A stretch of DNA of 64,000 nt from Candidatus Eiseniibacteriota bacterium (GTDB taxonomy: Bacteria > Eisenbacteria > RBG-16-71-46 > CAIMUX01 > VGJL01). This document shows positions 46,197 through 54,358 of the stretch, in pieces. The translations under genes and the position numbers were made by a program. The stretch spans positions 1-64,000 of the forward strand of contig JBHGAY010000001.1 of NCBI GenBank assembly GCA_041946735.1. The letters are read 5' to 3'. The notes under the pieces are model-generated. The model searched no databases. It saw only the letters and a program-made list of their open reading frames with translations, and was not told the DNA's origin. Within the stretch, counting starts at the first letter, position 1; every line of letters starts with the position of its first letter.

Positions 46197-47087
46197 CTAA
46201 TCCCCCTGCTCCCCGAGCAGCCCCCGGTGGATCGCCAGATGGCGCAACGCGAGCCGCGGGCGCCCCAGCTCCTCGTAGACCAGCGCGAGATTCATGTGCG
46301 CGTCGGCGAGATTCGGATCGAGCGTGATCGCGTGCCGGTAGTAGCGGACCGCCCGCTCGCCCCGGCCTCGGTCCTGCTCGCAAACGCCGAGATTGAACCA
46401 GGCGGTCGCGTCCTCCGGCCGGGAGCGAGCCGCCTGCCGGTAATGAGCCGCGGCCGCGGAGAGATTGCCTTCCTCGTGAAGCAACCTTCCGAGATTCAGA
46501 TGGGCGTCGGCATGGTCGGGATCGAGCTCGAGCGCGCGGCGATACGCGTCACGCGAAGCCTCCGGCTCGCAGCTCTCAAGGTCGCAGGCCAGCTCGTACC
46601 AGTCGGACGCCTCGAGGCGGCGATCCTCCGCGATCGCCTCGCGCGCGGCCCGGCGCACGAGGGGAGCGACCTCGGCCGCGATCTCGGAGACTTCGAAATC
46701 GAGGATCGTCTGCCCCGAGGCCGGATGCCAGGCGTCCCGGCCGTCGTGAACGACGAGATCCTCACCTTCCGCCGTGATGCGAACCGCGGTGAGATCGCGG
46801 CCGACCGGGAGCTGCTCGCGCAGGCGCGTGAGCGCGGCGCGGAGCCGGCGGGGCGGAACGGTCCGCGAGAGGTCGCGCGCCGTCCGCAGAAGGACGAGGT
46901 CCTGGAAGGAGAAGCGCAAGGCGCCGCGCGCGCCGCGGCGCGGCTCGAGGAGCCCGGCGCGCACGAAGGCGCGGATCTGCTGCTCGGTAAGCCCGAGCGC
47001 GGCCGCGGCCTCGCGGATTCCGTAGCCACTCGGGAAGCTGAGGCGGGCGAGATCGTCCGGACGTCCCTGGCGCTCGATCGTCGTCAT
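46197..47087 (-). CDS. MerR-type HTH + TPR protein
   Basis: YGIREAAAALGL..IRAFVRAGLL..RFSFQDLVLLRTA; TPRs AHLNLGRLL, AWFNLG, AHMNLALVY. Confidence 0.87.
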   Translation of the reverse strand: MTTIERQGRPDDLARLSFPSGYGIREAAAALGLTEQQIRAFVRAGLLEPRRGARGALRFSFQDLVLLRTARDLSRTVPPRRLRAALTRLREQLPVGRDLTAVRITAEGEDLVVHDGRDAWHPASGQTILDFEVSEIAAEVAPLVRRAAREAIAEDRRLEASDWYELACDLESCEPEASRDAYRRALELDPDHADAHLNLGRLLHEEGNLSAAAAHYRQAARSRPEDATAWFNLGVCEQDRGRGERAVRYYRHAITLDPNLADAHMNLALVYEELGRPRLALRHLAIHRGLLGEQGD

Positions 47088-47129
47088 GACTCTCCGTTAC
47101 CAGATCCGGAGCGAGAACGAAAGCGCGCG

Positions 47130-48170
47130 TCAAGCTCCTCCGCCGGCGCCCGAGCGCCTCGCCTTCCCCTTTCCATTCGACGAGCCTCTCCCGGCGGCGC
47201 CGGTGCCCGTCTTCTTCTCGTCCGGTAGGGCGGCCGAGCGAGGCGGCCGGCGCGTCGCGGCGCCCGCGCGTCCCCGAGAAGCGGCGGCGGCCCCTTCCGC
47301 TTCGCGCTCGGCGTCCCGGCGCGGGGAGGCGCCCCTGCGCGGGGAGGCTGCGCCGCCGGTGCGCGAGGCGGATCCCTTCCCGCCGCCGGCCGCCGGCGCC
47401 TCCGCGAGGCTCGCCTTCAACGCTTCCATCAGGTCGATCACCTTCGGCGGAGGCGCCTCGCTGGAAGCGATGGTGAACTGCTGCCCCTCGATCTTCTTCT
47501 GCAGGATCTCTTGGAAGCGCTTGCGGCTCTGGTCCTCGTACCGCTCCGGATGGAACTCGTCCGAGGCGGACTGGCGCAGGAGCTGAAGGGCGAGAGCGAG
47601 CTCGGCGTCCTTCACCTCGCCGCCGTTGCCGACGGGGACCTCCGAGATCGGCCGCACCTCCTCCGCGTGACGCAGCTGCTGCATGACGAGACCGCCGTCG
47701 AGCGGCCGCACGAGGACGATGTACTCCTTACCGCGCGCCGCGTAGCGCGCGAGGCCGCCAAGCCCGGTGTCGGCCATCGCCCGCGCGAGGAGCTTGTACG
47801 CGCGATCCCCTCCCTTGTCGGGCCCGAGGTAGTACGCCCGGTCGAAGTAGACGGGATCGATCGTGTCGAGCGGCACGAACTCCTCGATCGCGATCGCCTT
47901 CGTCGCCTCCTCCTCGAGCGCCTCGATCTCCTCCTGGGAGAAAAGGACGAACTGATCCTTGGCGAACTCGTAGCCCTTCACGATCTGGTCCCGATCGACC
48001 TTCTCGTTGTCGGCCGGGCAGACGTACTGCTGTCGGATCGGCGTGCGGCACTTCGCGTGCAGCATCCGGAAGGAGATCCCCTCGCTCGACTGCGCGGTCG
48101 AGAACAGCTTGACGGGGATCGAGACGAGCCCGAAGGACACGGTAGCGGTCGCGATCGATCGGGGGGCCAT
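47130..48170 (-). CDS. ku: Non-homologous end-joining protein Ku
   Basis: SFGLVSIPVKLF, IVKGYE, IEEFVP..IDPVYFDRAYYLGPD, VIDLMEALKASL, basic tail; AGGAGG SD. Confidence 0.96.
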   Translation of the reverse strand: MAPRSIATATVSFGLVSIPVKLFSTAQSSEGISFRMLHAKCRTPIRQQYVCPADNEKVDRDQIVKGYEFAKDQFVLFSQEEIEALEEEATKAIAIEEFVPLDTIDPVYFDRAYYLGPDKGGDRAYKLLARAMADTGLGGLARYAARGKEYIVLVRPLDGGLVMQQLRHAEEVRPISEVPVGNGGEVKDAELALALQLLRQSASDEFHPERYEDQSRKRFQEILQKKIEGQQFTIASSEAPPPKVIDLMEALKASLAEAPAAGGGKGSASRTGGAASPRRGASPRRDAEREAEGAAAASRGRAGAATRRPPRSAALPDEKKTGTGAAGRGSSNGKGKARRSGAGGGA

Positions 48171-48540
48171 GAGAGCTTCCTCCTGTCCGGAGCAACCGGT
48201 GCGGGCCTCCCGGTTCTTCTCGACGAACCGGTTCATTCTATCGACTCGGCCCGCCGCCTGAGGAGTCGCAAGTCGACGCGCGGCCGGAGGAAGGGGCGCC
48301 GGGAGCCGGTTCATGGGGCGCCGAAGCGATCGATCGATCGGGAGTGCGGCCCGTTCGAGGGCTCCGTCTGCCCCGCCTCGCTGCGGCGACGGCGGCGACG
48401 CATCGATGGAATCGGATCGAGGTCCGATCCCGTGGCGAAGCTCGAGGCTCGATCCCCGAATCGGCGCGCGCCACACGCGACGCCCCGGTTCGATGCTCGA
48501 TGCTTCGAGACTTTGGACTGCTGGCCTCGCTCGGGAAGAG

Positions 48541-48580
48541 CAGACGCGGAAAAGGAGACACAGAAAAGAGACACAGAAAA
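48541..48580. repeat. 13-bp purine-rich tandem repeat GAGACACAGAAAA x2 plus one degenerate copy
   Basis: 48555-48567 and 48568-48580; degenerate copy 48541-48553. Confidence 0.75.
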
Positions 48581-48731
48581 GCGGTGACGATCCGGGAGCC
48601 GATCGCGCTACCCTCTCCCGGGACGGTCTGGGATGGCGCAGGGGGGGATCCCGGACCGTCGCCTTTCCTTCCCGGAGAAGCCGATTGCGGGGCGCCAGCG
48701 AGATCGGAAGCATGTCTGCAGAAGTCGATCG

Positions 48732-49571
48732 ATGATTACCGAGCATGAGGGTCTCTCGGTCGTCGTGCCGGTGCACGACGAGCAGGACGCGCTCCCGGCC
48801 CTTTGTGAGAATCTGCTCGCGACGCTCGCCCCCCTCGGCCGGCCCTTCGAGATCCTCCTCGTCGACGACGCCAGCCGCGACGCAAGCCCCGAGGTGGCGC
48901 GATCCCTCTCGCGATCCGAGCCGCGTATCCGCAGCCTTCGCCTCTCGCCGCACGCCGGCCAGTCGGGCGCGCTCGCGGCCGGTTTCCGCGCCGCCCGGAT
49001 GCCGGTCATCGTCACCCTCGACGCGGATCTGCAGAACGATCCAGCCGACATCCCGCGCTTGCTCGATGCGCTGCGCGACGCGGACGCGGTCTGCGGAATC
49101 CGCGCGGAGCGGCGCGACACCTGGGTACGACGCGCCTCGAGCCGCATCGCGAACCGCATCCGAGACGGCGTGACCGGCGATCACGTGACCGACACCGGCT
49201 GCGGTTTGAAGGCGTTCCGCGCCGAGTTCCTTCGCGAGATCAAGATGTACCGCGGGCTCCACCGCTTCCTGCCGACCCTGCTGCGCCAGGAGGGGGCGCG
49301 CGTCGTCGAGATCCCCGTCGCGCATCGCCGGCGCACCTCGGGCCGCTCGAAGTACGGCATCCGCAACCGCGCGCTCCCCGCGTTGCGCGACTGCTTCGCC
49401 GTCCGCTGGATGCGCGATCGATCCTTGCGCTACGAGGTGCACGAGGATGCCCCGCCGCCACCGCCTGGATCGCCCGGACCGCCCGGGCCGGCTGGACCGG
49501 CCGGACCCGGGCAGGCAGAGGCGGCCGGCGGCGCGACGGGCGATCAGAGGAGCCGGCGCAGCCTCTCGTAA
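48732..49571 (+). CDS. GT2 glycosyltransferase (polyprenol-phosphate glycosyltransferase; DPM1/ArnC-like)
   Basis: LSVVVPVHDE, VDDASRD, GQSGAL.AG, TLDADLQNDP, DTGCGLKAFR, HRFLP, R.SGRSKY. Confidence 0.92.
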   Translation: MITEHEGLSVVVPVHDEQDALPALCENLLATLAPLGRPFEILLVDDASRDASPEVARSLSRSEPRIRSLRLSPHAGQSGALAAGFRAARMPVIVTLDADLQNDPADIPRLLDALRDADAVCGIRAERRDTWVRRASSRIANRIRDGVTGDHVTDTGCGLKAFRAEFLREIKMYRGLHRFLPTLLRQEGARVVEIPVAHRRRTSGRSKYGIRNRALPALRDCFAVRWMRDRSLRYEVHEDAPPPPPGSPGPPGPAGPAGPGQAEAAGGATGDQRSRRSLS

Positions 49572-50371
49572 CCGGTTCGGCTGACCGGCAGCTGCGTGCC
49601 GTCGCGAAGCACCGCGACGCGGCTGTCCTTGGTGAACGGCTCGATCCGGGCGAGGAAGGAGAGGTTCAGCAGGAACGACCGGTGAATCCGGACGAAGCGG
49701 CGCGGGTCGAGCGAGGCTTCCAGATCGTTCAGCGTCTGTTGCTTCAGGTGGCTTTCTTCGGCCGTCACGATCCGGACGAAGTCGTCCTGCGCCTCTGCGA
49801 AGAGGATCGCATCGGCCGGGACGACCGACACGCGCGAGCCATCCCGGATGAGCACGCGCTCGAGCGGCCGCGCCGACCTGCGGATCTCGCGCGCCGCCTG
49901 CGTCTCGGGAAGCGGCGGGATCGATTCCCCCGCCGCCGGCACGGCGTCCTTCGCCTCGCCACCGCCGCCGGGGCCACGGCTCGCGCGCATCTCGCGCAGC
50001 ATCGCGGCCCTCTGCCGTCCCCTCTCCACCGCCTCGCGCAGCCGGTCGAGGCCCACCGGCTTCAGCAGGTAATCGACCGCGTGCACTTCGAAGGCGCGGA
50101 TCGAGAAGCTGTCATGCGCCGTCACGAATACGGCCGGCACCTCGCGGTCGAGCAGCTCGATCACCTCGAAGCCGTCGAGCTTCGGCATCTGGATGTCGAG
50201 GAGAATCAGATCCGGATCCTTTTCGCCCACCGCCTTCACCGCCTCGAAGCCGTTCGCGCACTCCCCGACCACGACGACTCCGTCGATCTCCGCCAGATAT
50301 TCGCGGAGCAGCGAGCGGGCCGGCTCCTCGTCGTCGACGATCAGAACGCGCAGGGGGTCGGGCGGGATCAT
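49544..50371 (-). CDS. LytTR family response regulator
   Basis: IVDDEEPAR, LDIQMPKLDGF, FVTAHD..AFEVHAVDYLLKP, FVRIHRS, LPVSR. Confidence 0.96.
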   Translation of the reverse strand: MIPPDPLRVLIVDDEEPARSLLREYLAEIDGVVVVGECANGFEAVKAVGEKDPDLILLDIQMPKLDGFEVIELLDREVPAVFVTAHDSFSIRAFEVHAVDYLLKPVGLDRLREAVERGRQRAAMLREMRASRGPGGGGEAKDAVPAAGESIPPLPETQAAREIRRSARPLERVLIRDGSRVSVVPADAILFAEAQDDFVRIVTAEESHLKQQTLNDLEASLDPRRFVRIHRSFLLNLSFLARIEPFTKDSRVAVLRDGTQLPVSRTGYERLRRLL

Positions 50372-51537
50372 GGGGCCTCCGAGCTTTCGGCTGGCGTCGA
50401 GCTCTCCGCCGGCGTATCGCAGATCGCCGGCAGCCGGATCTCGACGCGGAACCGCCCCGGCGAGCGGCGGACCGACACGCGCGCCGCGGCGCCGTAGATC
50501 GCGGCGCACCTCCGGCGGACGTTTGCCAGGCCGAGCCCCTGCCCCGGCCGCGGCGCCGAATCGGGATCGACCGGATTCTCGACCGAGATCGCGAGGTCCG
50601 GCCCCTGGCGCGCCACATCGATCTCGACCGTGCCCCCGTCGATCCGCGAGGCGATCCCGTGTCGCACTGCGTTCTCGACGAGCGGCTGCAGGATCATGGG
50701 CGGCACGAGGCACTCGCGCGTCTCCTCCGGCGCCGCAATGGCGACCCGCAGGCGATCGCCGAAGCGGATCCGTTCGATCTCGAGGTAGTCGCGCGCGAGC
50801 GCCAGCTCGTCCGCGAGCGCGATCCTCTCCCGGTTGCCGACCGACGCTCCCTCGCGCAGGAAGCCTCCCAGGCGGAGACAGACGGAGCGCGCCGCTTCGG
50901 GATCGGCTCGCACGAGCCCCGCGATCGTGTTCAGCGAGTTGAAGAGGAAGTGCGGGTCGAGCTGCGCCCGCAGGAGCTTCAGCTCCGCGTCTCGCCTCGC
51001 GATCTCGAGATCGAGCGCGCGGCGCGCGGCCGCCCGGCTCCGCTCCGACGCCTGGATCAAGAGATGGAGGCTCGCGGCGAGCAGGTAGACGAGCACGCCG
51101 AAGCCGCCGAGAGCCGGGACGATTCGCGCGAATCCATCGTGGAGCGCGCGCGCCGCCGGCCAGAGGGCGGCCAGCGCCTCCGTCCCGACGCGAAGGATTC
51201 CGAGACCGAGCGCGCTCGCGACGACGGCGCCGGCGAGCTGCACGAAGAACCAGCGCTCCCAGGTGTCGGGACCCGCGGGAAGGCTTCGCGCCGGGTACCG
51301 GGCGACGAGGCAGATTCCTCCTTCGAGAAGCGCGGCGGGGATGGCGAAGGCGAGCGAGGCCGGCCATCCCGCTCCGGTCGAAAGCCGCACAAGCGCCGCG
51401 AGGAGGACGCCCGGCGCGAGCCAGGCGGCGAAGTAGAGGACGCGCAGCGTGCGCCGGCTTCGCGCGGGAGGGGGACGGCCCGCGGCCGGCGCAAGCTCGT
51501 CGCCGGCGTCGCGCGGCTCCGTGGCTCGTCCCGTCAT
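50368..51537 (-). CDS. LytS/YesM-type sensor histidine kinase
   Basis: LRAQLDPHFLFNSLN, YLEIE.IRFGDRL, LQPLVENAVRHG, GLGLANV; N-terminal TM segments. Confidence 0.95.
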   Translation of the reverse strand: MTGRATEPRDAGDELAPAAGRPPPARSRRTLRVLYFAAWLAPGVLLAALVRLSTGAGWPASLAFAIPAALLEGGICLVARYPARSLPAGPDTWERWFFVQLAGAVVASALGLGILRVGTEALAALWPAARALHDGFARIVPALGGFGVLVYLLAASLHLLIQASERSRAAARRALDLEIARRDAELKLLRAQLDPHFLFNSLNTIAGLVRADPEAARSVCLRLGGFLREGASVGNRERIALADELALARDYLEIERIRFGDRLRVAIAAPEETRECLVPPMILQPLVENAVRHGIASRIDGGTVEIDVARQGPDLAISVENPVDPDSAPRPGQGLGLANVRRRCAAIYGAAARVSVRRSPGRFRVEIRLPAICDTPAESSTPAESSEAP

Positions 51538-52400
51538 CCGTTGCTGATCTCCACGCCGCCGAGGATGACCTGCCCCGTGATCCAGCAGCGCTTCGCCCCT
51601 TCGTCGGCCGGCTTCAGCGTCTTGTCCTCGATCCCTCCCAGGACGGCGCTCACCCGCACGATCACCCTCCATTCGCGAGGCACCTTGATCTCGATCCCTC
51701 CGAAGGCGGCGAAGACCTCGAGCGACGCCTCCTCTCCGGCGATCGTGCTCTCCCGCAGGTCGATCTCCGCGCCGCCGAACACGGCGCTTACGCGCCCTCC
51801 CCGGAACTCGCGGGAACCGAAGCGGCGCTCGTCGCCGCCGAGGAAGCTGAAGGAATCGATCGTCGACTCGGGATCCTCCGCGCCCGGCCCGCCCGGTGAG
51901 CCCGGTGAGCCCGCCGAAGCCCCAGCCGAGCTTGCCCCCGCGCTGGGGATCCCACCTTCGCTGGCGGCGCGGAAGTGCACTCCGCCGCCGCGCGTAGCGA
52001 AGCCGCCGCCGTGGGGATCCAGGCGGTGCCGGCGCCGCCAGCCCCGGCGCCCCCTCCCCGTCATCGCCTGCCACACGATGCTCAGTCCGACAAGGATCAG
52101 GACGACCGGCCAGAGATCCCAGACCCTCCAGGTGATCGCTCCGAGGTTCTCCAGCAGCAGGAGGACTCCGAAGCCCGCGACCGTGAGACCGAAAAGCCTC
52201 CGGCCGCCGTGCCCCGGATCGATCAGCTTGCCGAGCCCGAAGGCGATCAGCAGCACCGGCCAGTAACGAAAATAGTCTCCCGCTTCGATCACGTGGAGGT
52301 TGTCGAGGGTGAAGATCACGCCGAGCGTGAGGATCGACAAACCGAACAGCAATCGCGCCACCATCGACCTGCCCTCCTCGATAGTCCGTTGCCTGTGCAT
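51534..52400 (-). CDS. LiaF/DUF5668-like membrane protein (cell-envelope stress accessory)
   Basis: TM segments with YWPVLLI and LWPVVLI; C-terminal FGG.EIDLR, FGGIEIKVP.EW, LGG repeats; alternative start 52364. Confidence 0.88.
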   Translation of the reverse strand: MHRQRTIEEGRSMVARLLFGLSILTLGVIFTLDNLHVIEAGDYFRYWPVLLIAFGLGKLIDPGHGGRRLFGLTVAGFGVLLLLENLGAITWRVWDLWPVVLILVGLSIVWQAMTGRGRRGWRRRHRLDPHGGGFATRGGGVHFRAASEGGIPSAGASSAGASAGSPGSPGGPGAEDPESTIDSFSFLGGDERRFGSREFRGGRVSAVFGGAEIDLRESTIAGEEASLEVFAAFGGIEIKVPREWRVIVRVSAVLGGIEDKTLKPADEGAKRCWITGQVILGGVEISNG

Positions 52401-52478
52401 CCGCCGCTCCTTTCCGGCCGGGAACCTCCCGGTCGAACCCGATCCTCGGCCGGTTGGCTTCGACCGGCCAGGCCGGGT

Positions 52479-52510
52479 CGGCGAACGGCGGCTGCGCGCC
52501 GGCGAACGAC
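52479..52510 (-). promoter_or_regulatory. LytTR-type binding site: CGTTCGCCG direct repeats, 21-bp period
   Basis: CGGCGAACG on + at 52479-52487 and 52500-52508 (9 bp + 12-bp spacer), upstream of the liaF-lytS-lytR-like operon. Confidence 0.7.
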
Positions 52511-52574
52511 GGATGCTCCCCTCTCCGTCGCCCGCGCGCGCGCATCCGCGCCCCTTCTCCCCCTTCGGGTCCCC

Positions 52575-53444
52575 TCAGAAAGCGAACCGGACGGTGAGCA
52601 TCGCCGGCGGCGACTCGCTTCCCGGGCGATCGCCGCTCCCGCCGCCTTCGTGATGGACGAGCGGAATCAGGATCCCGGCGGCGGCGCCGAGCGCCGCGCC
52701 GGCCACGACGTCGGACGGGAAGTGCTCCCCTGAGACCACCCGAAGCAGGGCGGTCGACGTTGCGACGGTCAGCGACCCGGCCCAGATCCAGCCGCGGGCG
52801 CGGGAGTCGGGAGCGAGATCGGCGCCGACCGTCCCGAGGAATGTGGCGGCCGCGAACGCGTTCGCGGCGTGGCTGGAAGGCAACGAGCGACGCGCATCCG
52901 CGGAGAGCTTCTCGCCTTCCGGAATGGCGGGGTCGGTCGAGTAGACGAACGGGCGGGGCCGCGCGAAGCAGGCCTTGAGGAGCTGCGCGCTCGCGTTCGT
53001 CCAGAGCATCGTCTCGGCGTACATCGTGATCGGCGTCAGGGGCTCGTCCCGTCCTTCGGGAAGCAAGGGGGAAACGAGCGGCGCGAGCGCCAGGCTCCAC
53101 ACGAGAAGGTTGCTCGCGTCCGAAGCGCGTGGCGACCAGAAACGGGTCGCGAAGCGGTCGAGATCGTGGAGGCCGGCGGCATCGAGCCGCGCGATCCTCG
53201 CGCTGTCCAGCGGAGCGCGCTCGCGATCGATCTCGAGCGCGATCGCCCCGAGCAGCAGTCCGCTCGCCAGGATCGCCGTCTCCCGCGCCGACTGGAGCCG
53301 GTACGGCCCCGCGCGGTCCGACTCCGCGGAGGCGCTGCCGGCGGCCTGCGGCACGCGGCCGGCCGCGAGCGCGAGCACCAGCACAAGCACGAGCACGAGC
53401 AGTTGGGCGAGGACGGCGAACCGGCAGCGGCCGCGGCGGATCAC
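52575..53444 (-). CDS. PAP2 family phosphatase
   Basis: K..FARPRP, SLPSSHA, LRVVSGEHFPSDV; GTG start overlaps upstream TGA. Confidence 0.9.
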   Translation of the reverse strand: MIRRGRCRFAVLAQLLVLVLVLVLALAAGRVPQAAGSASAESDRAGPYRLQSARETAILASGLLLGAIALEIDRERAPLDSARIARLDAAGLHDLDRFATRFWSPRASDASNLLVWSLALAPLVSPLLPEGRDEPLTPITMYAETMLWTNASAQLLKACFARPRPFVYSTDPAIPEGEKLSADARRSLPSSHAANAFAAATFLGTVGADLAPDSRARGWIWAGSLTVATSTALLRVVSGEHFPSDVVAGAALGAAAGILIPLVHHEGGGSGDRPGSESPPAMLTVRFAF

Positions 53445-54322
53445 TCGCGCACCTCCTCCGGCGTCCTCACCTCGGCGGCAGGATTGCGGAAGACGGACCA
53501 TACCGGGAAGTGGTCGCTCGCGGTCGCCGCGCGCGAAACGCCCGCGTCGTCGAGGACGAGCCCTCGATAGAACAGGTGGTCGAGTTGCGCGACCGTGCCG
53601 GGGAGCGTGAGCCAGCGGCTTCGCGAGGTCCCTCCCCTTCCCGCCAGCGCGTCGCGGAATCCCGCGCCACGAAAGAGCCGAAGCACACGGAGGGTGTCGT
53701 CCCGGCTCGCCGTGTTGAAGTCCCCGCCAATCACGATCGGCCCGCCGAGCGCGGCGAGGCTGTCGAGCACGGTCGCAGCCTGCCGCAGGCGCTCGCGCAG
53801 CGGCAGCGCGGGGGTGGAGGAATGGACGCTCACCGCGCGGATGCGCCCGGCCGCGGTCGTGACCTCGGCCACCACCGCGATCCGGTTCGTCCCCGCTAGC
53901 GCTTCCTGCTGCGGGAGCCGGAGAAAGCGAGGCCGTTCGATCGTCCCGCGCGCGAGGATCGCATTGCCGAAGAGACGGTGATGATGGGGATGGATCGTCG
54001 CCGGGTAGTAGACGAACGAAAGCCCGAGAGCGCGCGCGATCCGCTCGACGCCGGCCGGATCCATCTCCTGCAGCAGCAGGACGTCGGCGCGCGCGAGCCG
54101 CGGGTCGCGCCGCAGGTCCTCGATCGCCTGCTCGATCTTCTCTCCGTAGCGGATGTTGTAGGAGGCGACGAACAGCCTCTCGCGCGTCTCTTCCTGCGCG
54201 GGCGCGAGGGAGCGGAAGTCGCCGCGGACGAGATCGCCCATCCGTGTCTGAAAACGGGAGGAGCAGGCGGCGACGACGAGGAGCAGGACGAGCGCGCCCG
54301 CGAATGCGACTTTGCGAATCAT
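53441..54322 (-). CDS. Endonuclease/exonuclease/phosphatase family lipoprotein
   Basis: Lipobox VAAC; SYNI, LLQEMD, GNAIL, GGDFN, LDHLF, SDHFPV. Confidence 0.92.
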   Translation of the reverse strand: MIRKVAFAGALVLLLVVAACSSRFQTRMGDLVRGDFRSLAPAQEETRERLFVASYNIRYGEKIEQAIEDLRRDPRLARADVLLLQEMDPAGVERIARALGLSFVYYPATIHPHHHRLFGNAILARGTIERPRFLRLPQQEALAGTNRIAVVAEVTTAAGRIRAVSVHSSTPALPLRERLRQAATVLDSLAALGGPIVIGGDFNTASRDDTLRVLRLFRGAGFRDALAGRGGTSRSRWLTLPGTVAQLDHLFYRGLVLDDAGVSRAATASDHFPVWSVFRNPAAEVRTPEEVRE

Positions 54323-54329
54323 CGCCGGG

Positions 54330-54358
54330 ATTCGACCAGAGCGGGGCCGGACTGTCAA
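54330..54358 (-). promoter_or_regulatory. Putative sigma70 promoter TTGACA-N17-TCGAAT, 7 nt before the EEP ATG (leaderless)
   Basis: Perfect -35 hexamer, canonical spacing, no SD. Confidence 0.55.

Noticed and set aside
45993..47228. 411-aa ORF as the target of the sigma54 promoter
   Set aside because: No SD, mostly antisense to the MerR-TPR gene, and no recognisable motifs.
49440..49571. Collagen-like domain at the GT2 C-terminus
   Set aside because: Only about five G-X-Y triplets, overlapping a convergent gene; more likely a tandem-duplication tail.
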